In this document: positions 35,358 to 49,039 of the stretch, one piece after another
Position numbering within the stretch: the stretch's first letter is position 1
Layout of the letters: the number at the start of each line of letters is the position of its first letter
Assembly (NCBI GenBank): GCA_030167865.1
Contig: JALAGF010005880.1
Coordinates: forward strand, 1-64,000
Length of the DNA: 64,000 nucleotides
Direction of reading: 5' to 3'
Source of the DNA: Craspedostauros australis
Taxonomy: Eukaryota
The notes under the pieces: model-generated
Seen by the model: only the letters and a program-made list of their open reading frames with translations
Told to the model about the DNA's origin: nothing
The model's database searches: none
Made by a program: the position numbers and the translations under genes

Positions 35358-35990
35358 ATGACAGAAGGGAATGACGAAGAAGTTGGAACAGAAGGAGGCG
35401 CCGGCGATGACGATGGTTCCCTGAGTTGGGACCTGGAACCCATCTTGGAGAGTGCGTGCAAGGTCACATTCGCTGGGCTTGGCGGTGCCTTGGTTGGCCT
35501 GTCGAAGGAGCGGGGGGCGGATTCATCTCGGATGGTGTCGGGGAAGGTGGCTGCTGGGAATGCACGTGTCAACAGGTCCCTGGGCGTATCGCAGGTCAAC
35601 ATGCCGGTAGCGTGGTCAATCTCATGCGCCCTATTTGTGGGAATCATAGAGTCGGTCCACCACATGTCTCCAGTCACCACGGTGGTTCGTGAATTTCAAC
35701 GTCACCAAATGATACCCGCGATGGATGAGACGTCCGCCACGGCGAAGAGCCTGATCACATTGAGCAACTACGGGCTGGGCGGCACGCTTGCCGGTCTCGC
35801 AGGATCTGTGGCAAGAAATGTCAGCCTGAGATCGGCTGTGCCAAGGCACATGGTGCCAAGAGCACGGCTCTGGTCGGGCCTGGTGCCTGGATTGATTCTG
35901 GGGGTGACCGCCGGGGCTGTACAGGTCACCGTCGATCTGGCAAATCGTTTCGCGGCAGACTCTGATGCGAGTTCTGGAGAGACGAAGTAG
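35358..35990 (+). CDS. Small multi-pass membrane protein, Tim17/Tim22/Tim23-like
   Basis: Start MTEGNDEE. Four glycine-zipper hydrophobic segments (AGLGGALVG, WSISCALFVGI, GLGGTLAGLAG, GLVPGLILGVTAG). Family assignment is by pattern only. Confidence 0.6.
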   Translation: MTEGNDEEVGTEGGAGDDDGSLSWDLEPILESACKVTFAGLGGALVGLSKERGADSSRMVSGKVAAGNARVNRSLGVSQVNMPVAWSISCALFVGIIESVHHMSPVTTVVREFQRHQMIPAMDETSATAKSLITLSNYGLGGTLAGLAGSVARNVSLRSAVPRHMVPRARLWSGLVPGLILGVTAGAVQVTVDLANRFAADSDASSGETK

Positions 35991-36377
35991 CGCAGAGCAG
36001 AGCATGGTACAGATACTCCACACTCGTAGACGGTCATACGCGCATGCTGGCCCAAGTGCAGGAGCGCGACGTCATGCCTGCACCAACTAAGTACTTTCTG
36101 CGTTGGCACGCACAATAGAGCAGGTTACATTCTCTCTCTCTCTCTCTATTGGTAGAGAGTACCCTCCTGTGCGCGAATCCGTGTTCTACCTACTCTACTA
36201 ATCTCGAGCACTATACTCCAAGCGCAACCTCGAGACATGAGAATACACGTGCGTCCAGCGCGTTGATTCGACCGACAGCGGTGTGCCAATCCCATGCTGT
36301 TCTGCGCATTGGAATTGATTGTCTCTCTGGAGTGAGAAGACCGATGCCCACGCCAAGGACGCTTGAAACAACAGTTG

Positions 36378-37841
36378 TCAAGGAGGGCAACGAGACGAAT
36401 GAGATGATCTTGATTTCCTTGCCTCTCGTCGATCGATGTTGCCGTCCACCTCGGACTGCCGAAGCACAACGCCGAATTTGTTGGTGGCCTTGCTCGCTTT
36501 TCTGCAGATCTGCAGCGTGGTCCACTTGGGATCGATGCGTGCCTCCGGCCGGACCTGCGGTCGCTCGCAGATGAAGAAGGATACTTTCTCTGTTTCGCGC
36601 GTGGATGTCACGACGAACCCGACACCAGTTTCCGCCAGCAGCGCGCAGAAGGATTGCTTGTCGATACATTCCGACCTCGTCAGGCAGGACTTTGGAAGGG
36701 TGAGGAAGCAGATGCCTCCAGGTCGCAGATGGTGAAACAGACCTGCCAGCATTAGCCCGCGGTCCTGCGGCGTCGTCACGCAATTGATCACCATGGAACA
36801 AACGATGACATCGTATCTCATCCGCGGATCCTCATGGCTGAGGGGGAGATCAAGGAAGTTGATCTCCTCTATCGACGCGTGCATGGAGTGGATGTCGATT
36901 GCCCGGACTTCGACATCATGTTTCAATCTCTTGCGGCGCTGAGGTGATCTCGAAGAATTCGAATCATCGGCGGTGTCGCCATTCTTGGTGCGGGCCCCAG
37001 CAATACCGCGATTCCCCATGGATACCAGTTCTGTGTTGATCGCACCGACTTCCAGCAACCGCAAAGGCCTTGCGATTGCGTCACCCATATCCTGACCCTT
37101 GGTTGCTCTCCGTTTATCCGCTTCTCCATCAGCCAGTCCATTTCTTCTGTTCCCTCCGATGCCGTATATCCATTTGTTCTTGGTGAGGTATGCAATGACC
37201 CATTTTGAAGTCGAATGGAAGGAGGTGCTCAATTGGCTCGCCTGCTGGTACGCACGCACCCCGCCAAACGACTCAATCTTCCTAGTGCAAGATTTCGCCA
37301 GCTCCGCATTGCCCTCCGAAATTGCCCTGTCTCTCGCGCTCTGTCCGTTGTTGGTGGGTGTCAGGTAAAAATCAAGTGGAGTATCATGGTATGTGCAGCA
37401 GAGTGGAGTTGCTGGGGCGTTCGCTATTGGGCGTGAGCAAGAAGCAAAGGATTGCTGCGCATGATGTGTTCTTGGAGCATATGATAGCACAAGGAAGGAG
37501 CATACTCATCATATCATGGCACAAACACCCTCATCACGGTGTCCCACTGTATGACGAACAGACGTACACACATGTAACAAAATACGAAACACCAAATACC
37601 GCACGCCACATGCCAGGACAACCATCGTTCGTCATCCATCATTCGTTATCCATCCTGCTATCGATGCATGGCAAAGCAAAGCACGCATATCCGGAAACCA
37701 CCGAAGGAGCCGCGATCGCACCGAAAAACGCACCGTGAGCTTGTGAAACGCAGTCGTAATTCTTCTGGCTTTCTTCCGACTGCGAATCGAAGGCGGCTTT
37801 TTCGTGACAGGGATGGGACGTCTTCTCTTGCTGCTTCCCAT
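36378..37841 (-). CDS. BMT2: BMT2-like 25S rRNA (adenine-N1) methyltransferase
   Basis: Exons 37841-37734 and 37340-36378. ARRITTAFHKL, FGGVRAYQQASQLS, LLEVGA, AIDI, YDVIVCSMVINCVTTPQDRGLML, LTLPKSCL. Confidence 0.85.
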
Positions 37842-38831
37842 CGTGTCTTCTTACTCGCAACTCTTCTGCTTGATACTTGCACTCCTCTGGTGTAGGGGAT
37901 GCTATTCTACTCTTCGGGTGCTATGACGGCGCTTTGCCTGTCTGAGCATTCTGTCGTTTTTGGTGGAGCCGTTCATTTTGTTCCTCTTGGTTCTCGTCCT
38001 GCGGTTGGATGGTCTTGGTTCAGTTTGGCATTATTATTAGTGCTTTGTAAATACTCCATGTCCGAATTATGGGTAAATGCGATACTTACAATTCCGATTC
38101 TGTGGTTGTTGAGAAATCTCCCGCCTCTGCATTCGCAGAAGGAGAAAGACAGCATCACGGAACCATAATCGATAGACCATTGGTTGCTTTGCACGTGTCC
38201 TAATATTCATTCGAATTGAGCCGCAAAATAAATGAGTAGCAATAGGACCGGACCACAAGCACGAGCGTAGTCGGCACGAACTCAGCTCATCTACTCCAAG
38301 TCAGATGCTAACTGCGCTGCTCCGAGCATTGTATCTTGTGACTGTACTCGAACTATATGACTGATACCCACCACCCAAACCTTCCCTGCTCCGTGCTTAG
38401 ATCCTAGCTTCCCGGTCGATCCTCGTGCAACGTTGTTTTTCTCTCGTTCCAAGGTTGTGTTTCATTGACGTCCTGTCCGAGGAAGGAGGAGAGAAGTGTC
38501 GTCCTCTTCACAGGAGTGCAACATAGTCTGTGAAACGAAGCCTCTGCGACCGCATGTAAGTCTCAACGTGTTTCTACGAGGATGTAGCGTCCCTGCAACT
38601 TTCTTCAATGATCCGTTCTCCCGCTGCAAAAAGCCTCCAAGACATACTCATACACGCACTCGTCCACGCACTCGTCCACGCACACGCACTCGTTCTCGCA
38701 CTACTACACACACATCGGTCAACCACCTCAGCTCCAGCAAGCTCGAAGATCTCAATCAAACATCGATACAAGGTGGGAAATACCTGATTGATTGGACCAT
38801 ACGATGGGCTCATGCAAGCCCCGCCACAAAG

Positions 38832-41800
38832 ATGGAGCACAAAGAATATACAGCACCCAGGCCCTGGTCCAACGAACCAACCCCACACGACGTCCACACG
38901 CCAATATGTCACCTCCGCTGAACTCAGGTCGAACGTGGCAACTTCATGAGATGCACGAATGTGTTGTTTCACATTTCCTCTACGCTTGCAGTTGGACAGT
39001 CGTCATCCGCCCTCACGCATGGGCCCTCGATTGACGAGACACAAAGAGAGACGTAGACAGAAGAATACGCATCACCGCAAACAGATCCAGCCAAGCAAGT
39101 GCATTGCAACCAAGACCTCATAAGGTACATTGAAACAATAATATGTCCATCCATGATATGACGCCAGCAAACCAACCTTCCATGTGCATTTTGCAGAACT
39201 TTGACAGTTATTCTTCAGCCAACAAATGCAACTCTCCGAACAACGACATGAGAACGACGGATATCTGCGACTACATCCTAGTTCAGTCCGACAACATTGC
39301 CATCGCCGAAAGCACAGGACGCATGTAGAAGTGAGAGTAGTCGAACTCGCTATATTGCACAAACATGATGTAAACTAAGATGATGGGCGTGATTTGAATG
39401 ATATAACGGAAAATATAGTAAACGCAGGTTGTTGTATCGTCACTAAAACCAGTCGAAGATGATATTCTCCGCTTGTCCCAAGAGCAAAACGACCGAGTCA
39501 AATACTTGTTCTCAGGCAACGCAGGACAAACTGAAAACACAAAGACCCCCCTCACCTTCTCGTGGAGACTGCCTGTTGCCGAAGCATGTAACTACGATCA
39601 GACATGGACAATGTTCAAGTCACAGGACTAACACCACTGAAAAACTGTCTGAAGTCAACACAACCTACAACTGAGAAAAGCTCCACAACACGAAAACAGA
39701 GAAAGAATCATACTCCGTGGTGTGGTTTGGCACAACACAGAAGCTACACAACATACGAGGTGTACCCAACATAAATCGTAAGCAAGGAGCAGCAAATCTT
39801 ACGCAGAAATAAACATCGCCTCTAATTCGATTCAGGTTTTGAGACAATAAAAGCTGGCATTCGGCAACAATGCTGCGATAGTTTGGAATGATTTAACAAT
39901 GCAGAAGCGGTGATTGAAATTCGAATACTTCAATATTGCTGAACAGCTGTTGCATTTTTGTCCGTAGCGACCAAAAAGTCAATATTTGCTATTGAAGTTG
40001 ATGGCAAACACACATATTGTCGATTCAAACAATCAGCGACGAAAAAAGTCACTGTCGGGATCAGGAAACGACACGTTCTTGCGAAACTGGATTCTTCTCG
40101 TGCAGTTGAACTATACTCTGTTTTCGTTCGAAGTTCATTGAACCCATTCGAAGACCTCGACTTGAAATCGAGAAATCTCTGCTGCACAATTGGCTCTGTT
40201 GGTGTGAACGTAGACATGCTATGTAGCACTCGATATCTACGACCCAGTGACTTCAGGAAGTCATAGAAAAAGTGGAAACATCAACAACTTACGGAATGCC
40301 TCCAATTTCGCACTTCGTCGGTGCTTTCAAGACGGCAACGAACAAAACCTCATTTTTTGAGTACTCCATTGCATGTTATTGGTGTGCTGGCAATCTGGGT
40401 CAGGTCAAATTGAGCTTGAAACCTAGATGACTGTGTTCAAGGTCCGATCTCATTGGACTCGTGAATGAAAGGTTGCATTGGTGTCTTGACACAGCACTTG
40501 TCTGTCAAAGACGTGGGTGAATGGTGGATCGTTGACTAATTGTGACTCATACCAGCACTCAACTGATTTCGTTGGATATGTACGTTGGGTGGTTCCTTAC
40601 CAAATTGAAACTCTGTGACAGTCATTGTATGCGAATGGAATTTCCAGTTCGAACGTCAGAAATGACGTTGTGTGGTGCTGCGTGCACTTCTTTCCGCCGA
40701 TGATTTGCATTCTCATTGCTTGAACTAAACCCATTACGGCAAAACAGGTGTCACTGCTACTTGCAAAATGATGATTCGCATAGAGGGGGCACTTTGAAAA
40801 GGCTTCAACAGATTGAATCGGGAAAGCCGGAGTCATGTTGTGTGGTGACGGACCAGGAGCAGAATTTCGATATGACGAACGAGAAGACCGCAGCGGTTGA
40901 TTCACATGTATGGTGACGGGATGGTTGTGAGGTTCAATGTATGCCAGAGGCTCGCAACATTGATATTGTGGCATCAAATTTCTTGTTGTGCAGCTTGCAC
41001 GGCATCATCATTGACCATCCGCCGTCCCCCTTGCGATAACCGGACGTGCACCCTTCGACAGAATGTGAAGGTGCTGCCGTGGTAACAAATGCTTCTCCGT
41101 CCAGTTTTCGATCTCAAAAAGGCAATAATATCTCTCATGTTCGTCTTTTCTCAATACAGTCGTGCTTAGCTTTGTCTTCACATTGGTCAATTCGATTCTT
41201 GGACCAACAGTAGATGGCAGTTGTAAAATTGCGGGCATTGAAGCCCCATGAAGGAGTTGCATTGCTCTCTTGTCATCATTCTTCCTTCGTTGGGCTTGCT
41301 CAAGCGGTGAATGTAGTTTGCGAGCCTCGACGTGAAAACTCCAATTTCCATTTCGTTCCTCATGTTGGTTGCCGGCGTACGTTGCTGCTGGGAAGGATTG
41401 CTGCAGTCGATGTTGTTGAATGGAGCCAAAAAATGACTCTGCCTCTGTGCTGTCAGTGCTTCCTATCCTACGCTGGACAACGTCTGAAATACATGATCAC
41501 AGCTCCAACGTGTATCATAGTTCTGGGAAAATAATGCGAGCAAAGAAGCCATAACGAGATCATGATTTAGATATGCACGTTTCCCTTCTGAAAGTCAATG
41601 CAGAGGAACCAAATTTTCCTCTTCTTCTCTACTGATTCTTTTCTGGTAGAATTCAAACCAATGTGTGCCACTACTCCTCCAGTGAGAACTGTCGAGTCCT
41701 CGCAACCCCGTCGCATGGCCTGCATTGCATACAGAGTTCAACTTGTCCAATACCATGCGCCCTCCAGGTGGTTCGTGCAATTTTCGGATATCGAGTTTTC

Positions 41801-43570
41801 GTTCCTATCCTTCTATTGTTGGATCATACTCTGAGGGGAGGCCATGGGAGATTTGAACCACGAAACAAAGACTTTTGCCAAGCACCGGCCCAGCGAAATA
41901 TTTGTGGCGGGGCATGTCGATACTTCGACGCTTTGCGGCGCTGCCGATGAAGCCAGCTGAAACTTCTTACACTTGTGCTGGTGACATAAAACACAGAATA
42001 TGATATGATCAATTCTGCTCTCCTAGTCATTCTACTGGCTATGGGGAATCTTCGTGTTCTCTTTCATGTCCAACCTGCTTGTCAGTGCGTTCATTCTTGC
42101 GAAGGCTATGTTCAATGAGGCAAGAAACCCAAGTGTTAGGACACACAGAGGACATGGGCTGGGTCGTTGAGCGCTCCACTAGAGAACTACGACGATGGTA
42201 CTGTTTTTTCCAGTTCACATGGCAAACTCGATTGCGTCAGTGCGACATCACCACTAGGAGTCTCCGTTCGTAAATCTCTGATGAGGAAAGTTGTGCAAAC
42301 GCCTCAATTGCAATGTGCAGAAAGAAATATGCACGTATTGCCAGAGTCAATTTGACCGTGCCAAAGCACCACACCTTATGACGAACCCGACATCTCTCGA
42401 TTGCACTAGTTATTCGATATTGACTCGGCAATGGCATTTGAAGGCAATCCTTGGGTGCGGGGAAAACTGTTGCTCATCATCTGGGTACGCTATGGAAGAA
42501 AATGATGTTGCAAAATGTCTCATACGTCTTATCGTGCCAACCGAAGCATGCACAGAGACGCGCTACGCGAATTATTCAAATTCCAGAAATGTATGGTGCA
42601 TTTTCCGAATCTATGAAGCGGGACGTTTACATTTTGTCAAAATGGGAACTGTTGTCTTGGGAATAGACGATTGAATGTAATGGGGAGTTGATCTGTTGAA
42701 ATCGCATTCATGGAAGCGGCATTTTTGAACACGTGGATCAGACCTGTGTCTGTGTGTTCTTGTGTTCGGATGGACAATACAGCAATATTGATTTGGTGCG
42801 TAGTTGCGTTCCATTCATGCCGTTCTCTTGCAAGAAGTTGTTCTCGCCTTGTTTTGCTAACCATTGCGGGTGCAAGTATTGGTCCTTTTGTGGAGCAAAC
42901 GATATGGCGTCGTCTTTGCTTTTGATTGTAAATGCATTGTTGTGTTCACACTGAATGGCCCCTTTGTACGTCAGAACAAATTCCATCGCACCGTTTTGAT
43001 ACGTGTTGTTTCGATGCTACTGGAACATTCTGAGGTTGATTGACCAGTTGGGAGACTATCGATCATATTCAGTTTTCTCTGTTCCTGTTTCTTCATCTTG
43101 TCCATGTATTTTCTAGTGATAATTTGTTTCTGTCGCGACCATCCCATATTGTCTGTTGATGTTGATTGTTCGATTCACGTGCGCATGTCCAACAACAATG
43201 CTATCATCTTTCTCATATATTTTGCTCGTCGATTGGTATCGGTACTCTCCAAGTTGCCCCTCATGTGGCGAGATGAATTGCAGACATATTGTTGTATGCT
43301 ACTATTTTTTATTTTCATTTCATTTTGAACAGCTATTGTGTCCAAATTTGTGTTCACATTTGTTGTTGCAACTCAATTGATTGGAACGTGCGGTGTTGGA
43401 TGTTTCCAGCGTGGAGTGCAGCAACATGGTTTTCGCAAGACTCCAAATTAACCCGCTCGCTTACAACATCATGCCAGCAGAGTCGACGCGAGTACACGAC
43501 CAAAGACGAGGAATGATGTCTGCGCACATCTATCACTTATCATTGCTTGTATGCACTACTTGTATTTTAT
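38832..43570 (+). pseudogene. Low-GC, ORF-poor island; possibly a heavily eroded LRR plus multi-TM gene
   Basis: No ORF above ~130 aa. Sampled 60-nt lines are 30-43% GC, clearly below the flanking genes. Plus-strand relics: FEDLDLKSRNLCCTIG, VQGPIS, LGGSLP, and later hydrophobic runs such as FYWLWGIFVFSFMSNLLVSAFIL. Confidence 0.3.
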
Positions 43571-43818
43571 AAATCATTCTGCGCAGCATCGCGTAATTAT
43601 TATTTTGGGTGGGTGCGAACGAAATTGAGCACGTTTATCTCGCGGTGTCATGGAATAGTTCCCCTCCCACAGCAAGTGACGCCTGAATGATGAATTTACA
43701 TGTTACACTCTGGTTAAAACATTATCGACGTTGCCTAATGATGGTGGTTGTGCTTAATTCGCCGATTCTCCATGTTTGCTCTCTCCTTGTTGCTTGCTCT
43801 AAATAATATCTTGGCGCA

Positions 43819-46800
43819 TCAAAGTTTGACGGTGAGGACGTAGCGCAAACGAACCTGCTCTTCGTTGTAGACGAGGAACTCGTCGTGGTAGAAGGAGCTG
43901 GAGGCGTTTTTGCTTTCCTGCTTGCATGCGCCTTGCGGCACCTTCACCGTCTTGCCATCGATGGACATGGTGGACCACTTCTTGGGTTGAAGCTGACCCT
44001 TCGCGTGAACGGAGTCGAAACCCTTGGGGGCCTGTTTGAGGCTGGATGCGTGGTGCCCGTCTTGATCCACGGGGTGTTGCTTGCCCAGTGGCGCCTCGCA
44101 CAGGAACATGCATGCGTACTTGGCGCCATACCCAGACGTGTACTGCGCGCTCTTCGCCTGCATGCTGGCAAGGTAGATGCCGGATCCGACGCGGCCGCCG
44201 GAGTGCGGCATGATGCGGAGTCCGCTGGTGATGATGGGGGCGACGACAGCGATGTTGGTGCCGTGCCACAGCAGGCACCTGTTGTCGACCTCATCGAAGG
44301 GCTTGAAACGATCGGCCTCGCCACCGCGATTGACGGACCAGACATTGAGGAGCTGCGAGTTCGAGGATTGACCGCCGGTGCCCAGGAAGCATTGCTTGAT
44401 GGTGCTGAACTCCATGGAATTCGGATCGACGAAGCTCAAGTCGGCGCCAAGCGACTTGTAGTGCTGGTCGATGGGGTTTGGTAGGACGGTCTTCTCCGCC
44501 ATCTCCTCGTGCTGCTCTCGTTCGATGCGCCGGACGGTCTCGTTGGTGTCGAACATGTCCATGAGGATGTTGCACATATCGTACCGCGAGCGCAACGCCT
44601 CATCTGTCTGGATCACGGGTGGCCTCGAGCGGCCAAAGGAATGCGGGATGGCGGTGTAAAAGTCCGACGACAACGACATGTACGAATCCCGAATGGAGCG
44701 GTCGCCACTGAGCTTCTTTTCGATGTTGGCAAGGATGTCCACGCCGCGGTTGATCTGCTGCTGCGATGGCACGCCGAGCGGAAGGCGCTTGAGGTCGAGG
44801 TTGAAGGAGCTGAGCGCCTCGTTGCGCATGTCCTGGGAAAAGAGCGTGGAGATGAGCTCCTGTGTCTTGGCATGGAGTTGGCTGTCCATGTACTCCACTT
44901 CCTGCTTGTTGGCAGCCGGCGCGACCTTGTACTCATCGCTGACTTTCACGTTGTTGTCTATCTCGATCAGGGTGTATTTGCCGGTGTGGGGGACGAACTC
45001 GTCGGCTCCGAACGAATTCTTCGTCTTTGCTGAGAACTTCTTGCGGAATTCCTTGATGGCGTTGGTCGAGGAGAAGTACGGTCCCATCCACGTGCTGGCG
45101 CTGGACCTGGCTGGTTCGCCAACACGACCCCAGCGAAACCAGGCGAAGTACTCGCCAGTGCTGTTGTGTTCCAGGCACTGGAGACGGTAGTACTTGTTGT
45201 TGTTGCCCCCGATGTTGCATTGATTCAGCACAGCGTCATACCATAGGCCATCCTCCTCCAGCACTGTGAACGATGATGCTTGCTTGCCGGCGACGGAGAT
45301 ATCTGGATCGACGGGATGACCTCCGCTATTGCTCTTTGCGTTGCTGCTGCTGCTGGTTGTGGTTGTGGTGGTGGCGTTGGTTGGCGTGGCGTTGGTTGGC
45401 GTGGCGTTGGTTGGCGTGGCGTTGGTTGGCGTGACGATTGTCGCTCCGTTGCTGGCGTTTGCGGTGGCACTGGCGGTGTTGGTGTTGACGCTGAGGTTGA
45501 TGTTGGTGCTGCTGGCGACAATGGCCACTGGTGGTGAGTCGTCGAGGTTGCTGCCGACTGGGAAGCGGCGGATGCGGCGTTGGGTGCGGTTGGGGTGTCT
45601 GACGTTGGTCTGCACGAGGTTGTGCAGGTCCACGTCGTATGCGTACATGCCGCTGTCGATGGATCGGCCGCTGATGTTCTGGTTGTTAGCAAATTCGTGG
45701 AAGAGCTGCTCGACGAGCTTGGAGGCGGAGGCGTCGTAATCGTACCATCCATCCTGCTTGTTGTCCACGCCATCGTCCACCCAGTACTGCCACTTGGCTC
45801 CGGTGTAACCATTCAGCTTTTGTTCGAAATCCTGGCGGATGAACCGATAATTCTTGCCCTTGGTGGGTTCGTCGCGGTCTTCCCAGGCCAGCCCTGTCTT
45901 GCTCTTGAATTTGGACATGAACGAGCTGGTGGCCTCATCCTCATCCGCGTACTCCACCAACTGGGCTTGGCCCTTCGTCCCAGTGCGCCCCCACCGCGTG
46001 TACACTGCAAACTTCTTCTTCGTCTTGCGCTTGTCGTGGTTAAGGATAAGCTGGAGGATGAAGAATTTGTCCATCGATTTGCTGGGATCGACGAGCACGA
46101 GCATGGCGTCGCACGGCTCCTCATCGCGGGTGATGATGGATCCCTTGATCTTTGCCTCGGGATCAATGACGCCCAGCGGCGCGGATGTGTCTGTGATGGC
46201 CTGCTTCAGGCCTGTCTTCCTGGTCTTCTTTGGCGGTTCTGCCTTTCTGCTTGTTTGCTTCTGTTTGCTGCTAGCAGCCTTGCGCTTCTTCGTCACTGCT
46301 GTTGTTGTGGCAATTGATTGTGGCAATTGATGCAGTTGACGCAATCACCGAATGGGATAGCACGCAAGGGTGAATAGTATTGGAACGCAACAGTACATTC
46401 CATCATGCAACAAAATGTTATATTTTGCAATATAATTATGAAATGGCATAATGGATGGTAGCACGATATCAGTTGGTGCAGTGTGGATGTATGCATGGAT
46501 GTATTGCACGCACGTCGTGGCGGAGGCGGAGAGATGGCAGTGTGAGCGCGAGCGTCTGGGTGAGCGTCAGGGTGAGGGTCAGCGTGGACAGAGAACAATC
46601 GCAAAATGGCTTGCTGATGGCAATGAATCGCACTCCTCCTGTGGATGGAAACGTTGTGGTCCTCGTTGAACTGGTTGTGCTCCCATAGACACCTGCAGAT
46701 ATTGTGGATGCTCACCTTTTGCTGGCGCTTCTTCTTCAGTTGTTGGGACTGGCTTTGGCTTTTCTGCAACCTTGGCAAGCCTGGCGCTTCGCCTTGGTGG

Positions 46801-46824
46801 GATGGTGGCGGTGGTGGCTTTCAT
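43819..46824 (-). CDS. PARP3-like ADP-ribosyltransferase: WGR-WWE-WGR-regulatory-catalytic
   Basis: Exons 46824-46716 and 46298(or 46295)-43819. Two WGR domains (VYTRWGRTG, WFRWGRVG), WWE (WQYW...WYDYD...VEQ...YDVDLHNLVQTN...RRIRR), LPLG/FYTAIPHSFG regulatory domain, LLWHGT, SGGRVGSGIYLA, DEFLVY. Confidence 0.95.
45372..45432. repeat. 15-bp coding tandem repeat (TPTNA x4) in the PARP linker
   Basis: ggcgttggttggcgt x4. Confidence 0.9.
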
Positions 46825-48174
46825 GTCGACAAGTTTGCTTGTGCTTGGACTTGTCCTGGTACGATGACTTTGTTGTGTTTTGTGATGATCTTCAACGATT
46901 GTTGTGATGCTTGTTGGTTGTCTTGTGATTGTTGTTGCGGTGGGGTTGTGGGATGATGAGTGTGGGTGTGGGTCTTCTCAACGATGCTGTTGTTTCCTTG
47001 GAGGTTGCTTTTTTTGTGGGTAGGTTGAGGAAGGGATGTGTCGAAGCGGATGCTGTTCCAGTGTCTCGGAGGCACCCAACGCTGTGTGTGTGCTCTCTGG
47101 TATCTTTTTGGCCCTTGTGGTGATGCTGTTGGTTGCAAGTTTCTGCATGAGCACATGTTCCTTCGGTCACGCACACGCAAACTCCCTCCCTTGTGGCAGT
47201 CCGCCAAGATTTCACTCCGACCTCTCAACATTCGTTGTTTACGGCAATGAATAACAATTAATGTCGTACCGTGACATGGAGATATGGCGAACAGTGTCAC
47301 ACGTCATGACGGGAGAATAGAAGATTCGAACACGACAAACTCATGGAGAGTAACCAGGACACAAACCGAATCCTGGACGAAACAACCTTCGCTCTCCACT
47401 TCCCACACGCATGTGTTGGCAGTGTCTGCCGTTATTGTCGGCAGTCACCAATAACGTACGAACTACTATGAACAGAGTGATCTCTATCTCTATCTCTCCT
47501 TTGCAGATGTTGCCATTGAGAATCGCAGCGATTCCGCAGAGAGTTGGTGATCGTCCGGTCTGCAGAGTCCTCGGAATCTTCGGAGCCCAATGTGCGAGCA
47601 ATGGCAACGAACAACCTGGATGCGCTGACAGCATAGAATCATGAGTGGTCAACGGATGAGCACATACATATGATAGAATACATCATTGAGAATCACGATG
47701 CTTGCTTGTGGCCCTCTCCTCTCTCTGTCTATCCGTCGCCCTGCACCTTCAAGGAAGTCGATGGGATTCGTATCAATTCAAAACAGTTCATTGTTATTCA
47801 ATCTACGAATACATAGTCGTAGTCGTACTTGTCCCACCAGTTCCTGCGCAAGTTCTGTTGTATAATATAATACTCTATTGTACTCTCAATGGGTCTCCCA
47901 AACCCCAACCTCCAGAGACACTTGTCCCTGTTGGCATCTATCATAAAGGACCCCTCTGTCTTTTCATGCAATCTATTATTCTATTATATATTATAGAATA
48001 CAACGATGGCTGGCACTGGCAGTGGCATCCGGAAGATCGTTGTGGCACTGGTCGCAGTGAAGCCACTTCCACCCCTTGGCATCAAAGAGATCACAACTCT
48101 ACGACCGGCCCCACCCCCTCAAACGTTCTTTCGAACAACTCCGCAAATCACCACGAGTCTTTCAACGGAACTAC

Positions 48175-48715
48175 ATGAGCGCACCTACTTCGATGTCAGC
48201 AGTGGCCGGGCTGAGGCAAATCGCATCGTCTTCACGGCCCTTGGAATCCAGTTCAAGCATGTCCGCCTCAAGGGTGCGGAATTCGGCGCCAAGAAGCAAG
48301 AAGGATTGCACCTCACAGGCCTCCCAATCGTGAAGGTTGGTGACACCGAGTACACCCATTCAGTGGCAAACTTGCGCAATCGGTGGAGAGTACCGCGTCC
48401 AAGCTGTATCCCAACGACCCCAGGCTATGTCTGAGCATGGATCAGGCCCTGGACGTCGCTCAGGACATGTGGTCCCACTTCCTGCTGGAGAAGGAATAGG
48501 AGGCAAAGAAGAAGAAGAAGGCTAGAACGAAGTACATGGCAGGAAAGGGAAAGGTGTTCTTCGTACAGCTGGACGAAATCCCCAACCGCACCGTTGGTCC
48601 CTTCATCGATGGAAATGACCCGCCCTTCGTTGATCTCAGTGTTGCGTCCGGAACCGTGAGGATGGTTGAGACCGGCTTCTTCGACTGTGTTCCCAAGGCA
48701 AGTGAACGTGTGTAG
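48175..48715 (+). pseudogene. Glutathione S-transferase (sigma-like) pseudogene
   Basis: TYFDVSSGRAEANR...LPIVKVGDTEYTHSVANLR, a frameshift near 48380-48400, then KLYPNDP...DQALDVAQD, in-frame TAG at 48497-48499, and GPFIDGND..FVDL...GFFDCVP. The ATG at 48175 is out of frame with TYFD. Confidence 0.85.
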
Positions 48716-49039
48716 TCAATACGCAAGCCAAAGATACATACTACAAGTTCTATCTCCTCACGATTGCAACGCTGACCCGTTTGCACAGCGGATTCCTTCT
48801 GCTCTGCTCTCTGCTTGACATACGACGATGATTTCTTCTGGTGCTGCATTAGGGTGCCATCCATCTTGATTGAACGGACCTACCTCTCATGCTCAAAACT
48901 GCATGCTGTGGGATACCGTGATATGATGTGACGTGATACTCGTAAACATGGAGCCAAGACAACTTCCCGGCTCTCTCAGCTTTGCCCACTGCTGTCGAGA
49001 CGCATCCGGTGGTGACGTGATATTCTCCGGAATGGAATA

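Noticed and set aside
48497..48499. Stop-codon readthrough or selenocysteine in the GST
   Set aside because: The stop is TAG, not TGA, and comes with frameshifts, so a pseudogene is the simpler explanation.
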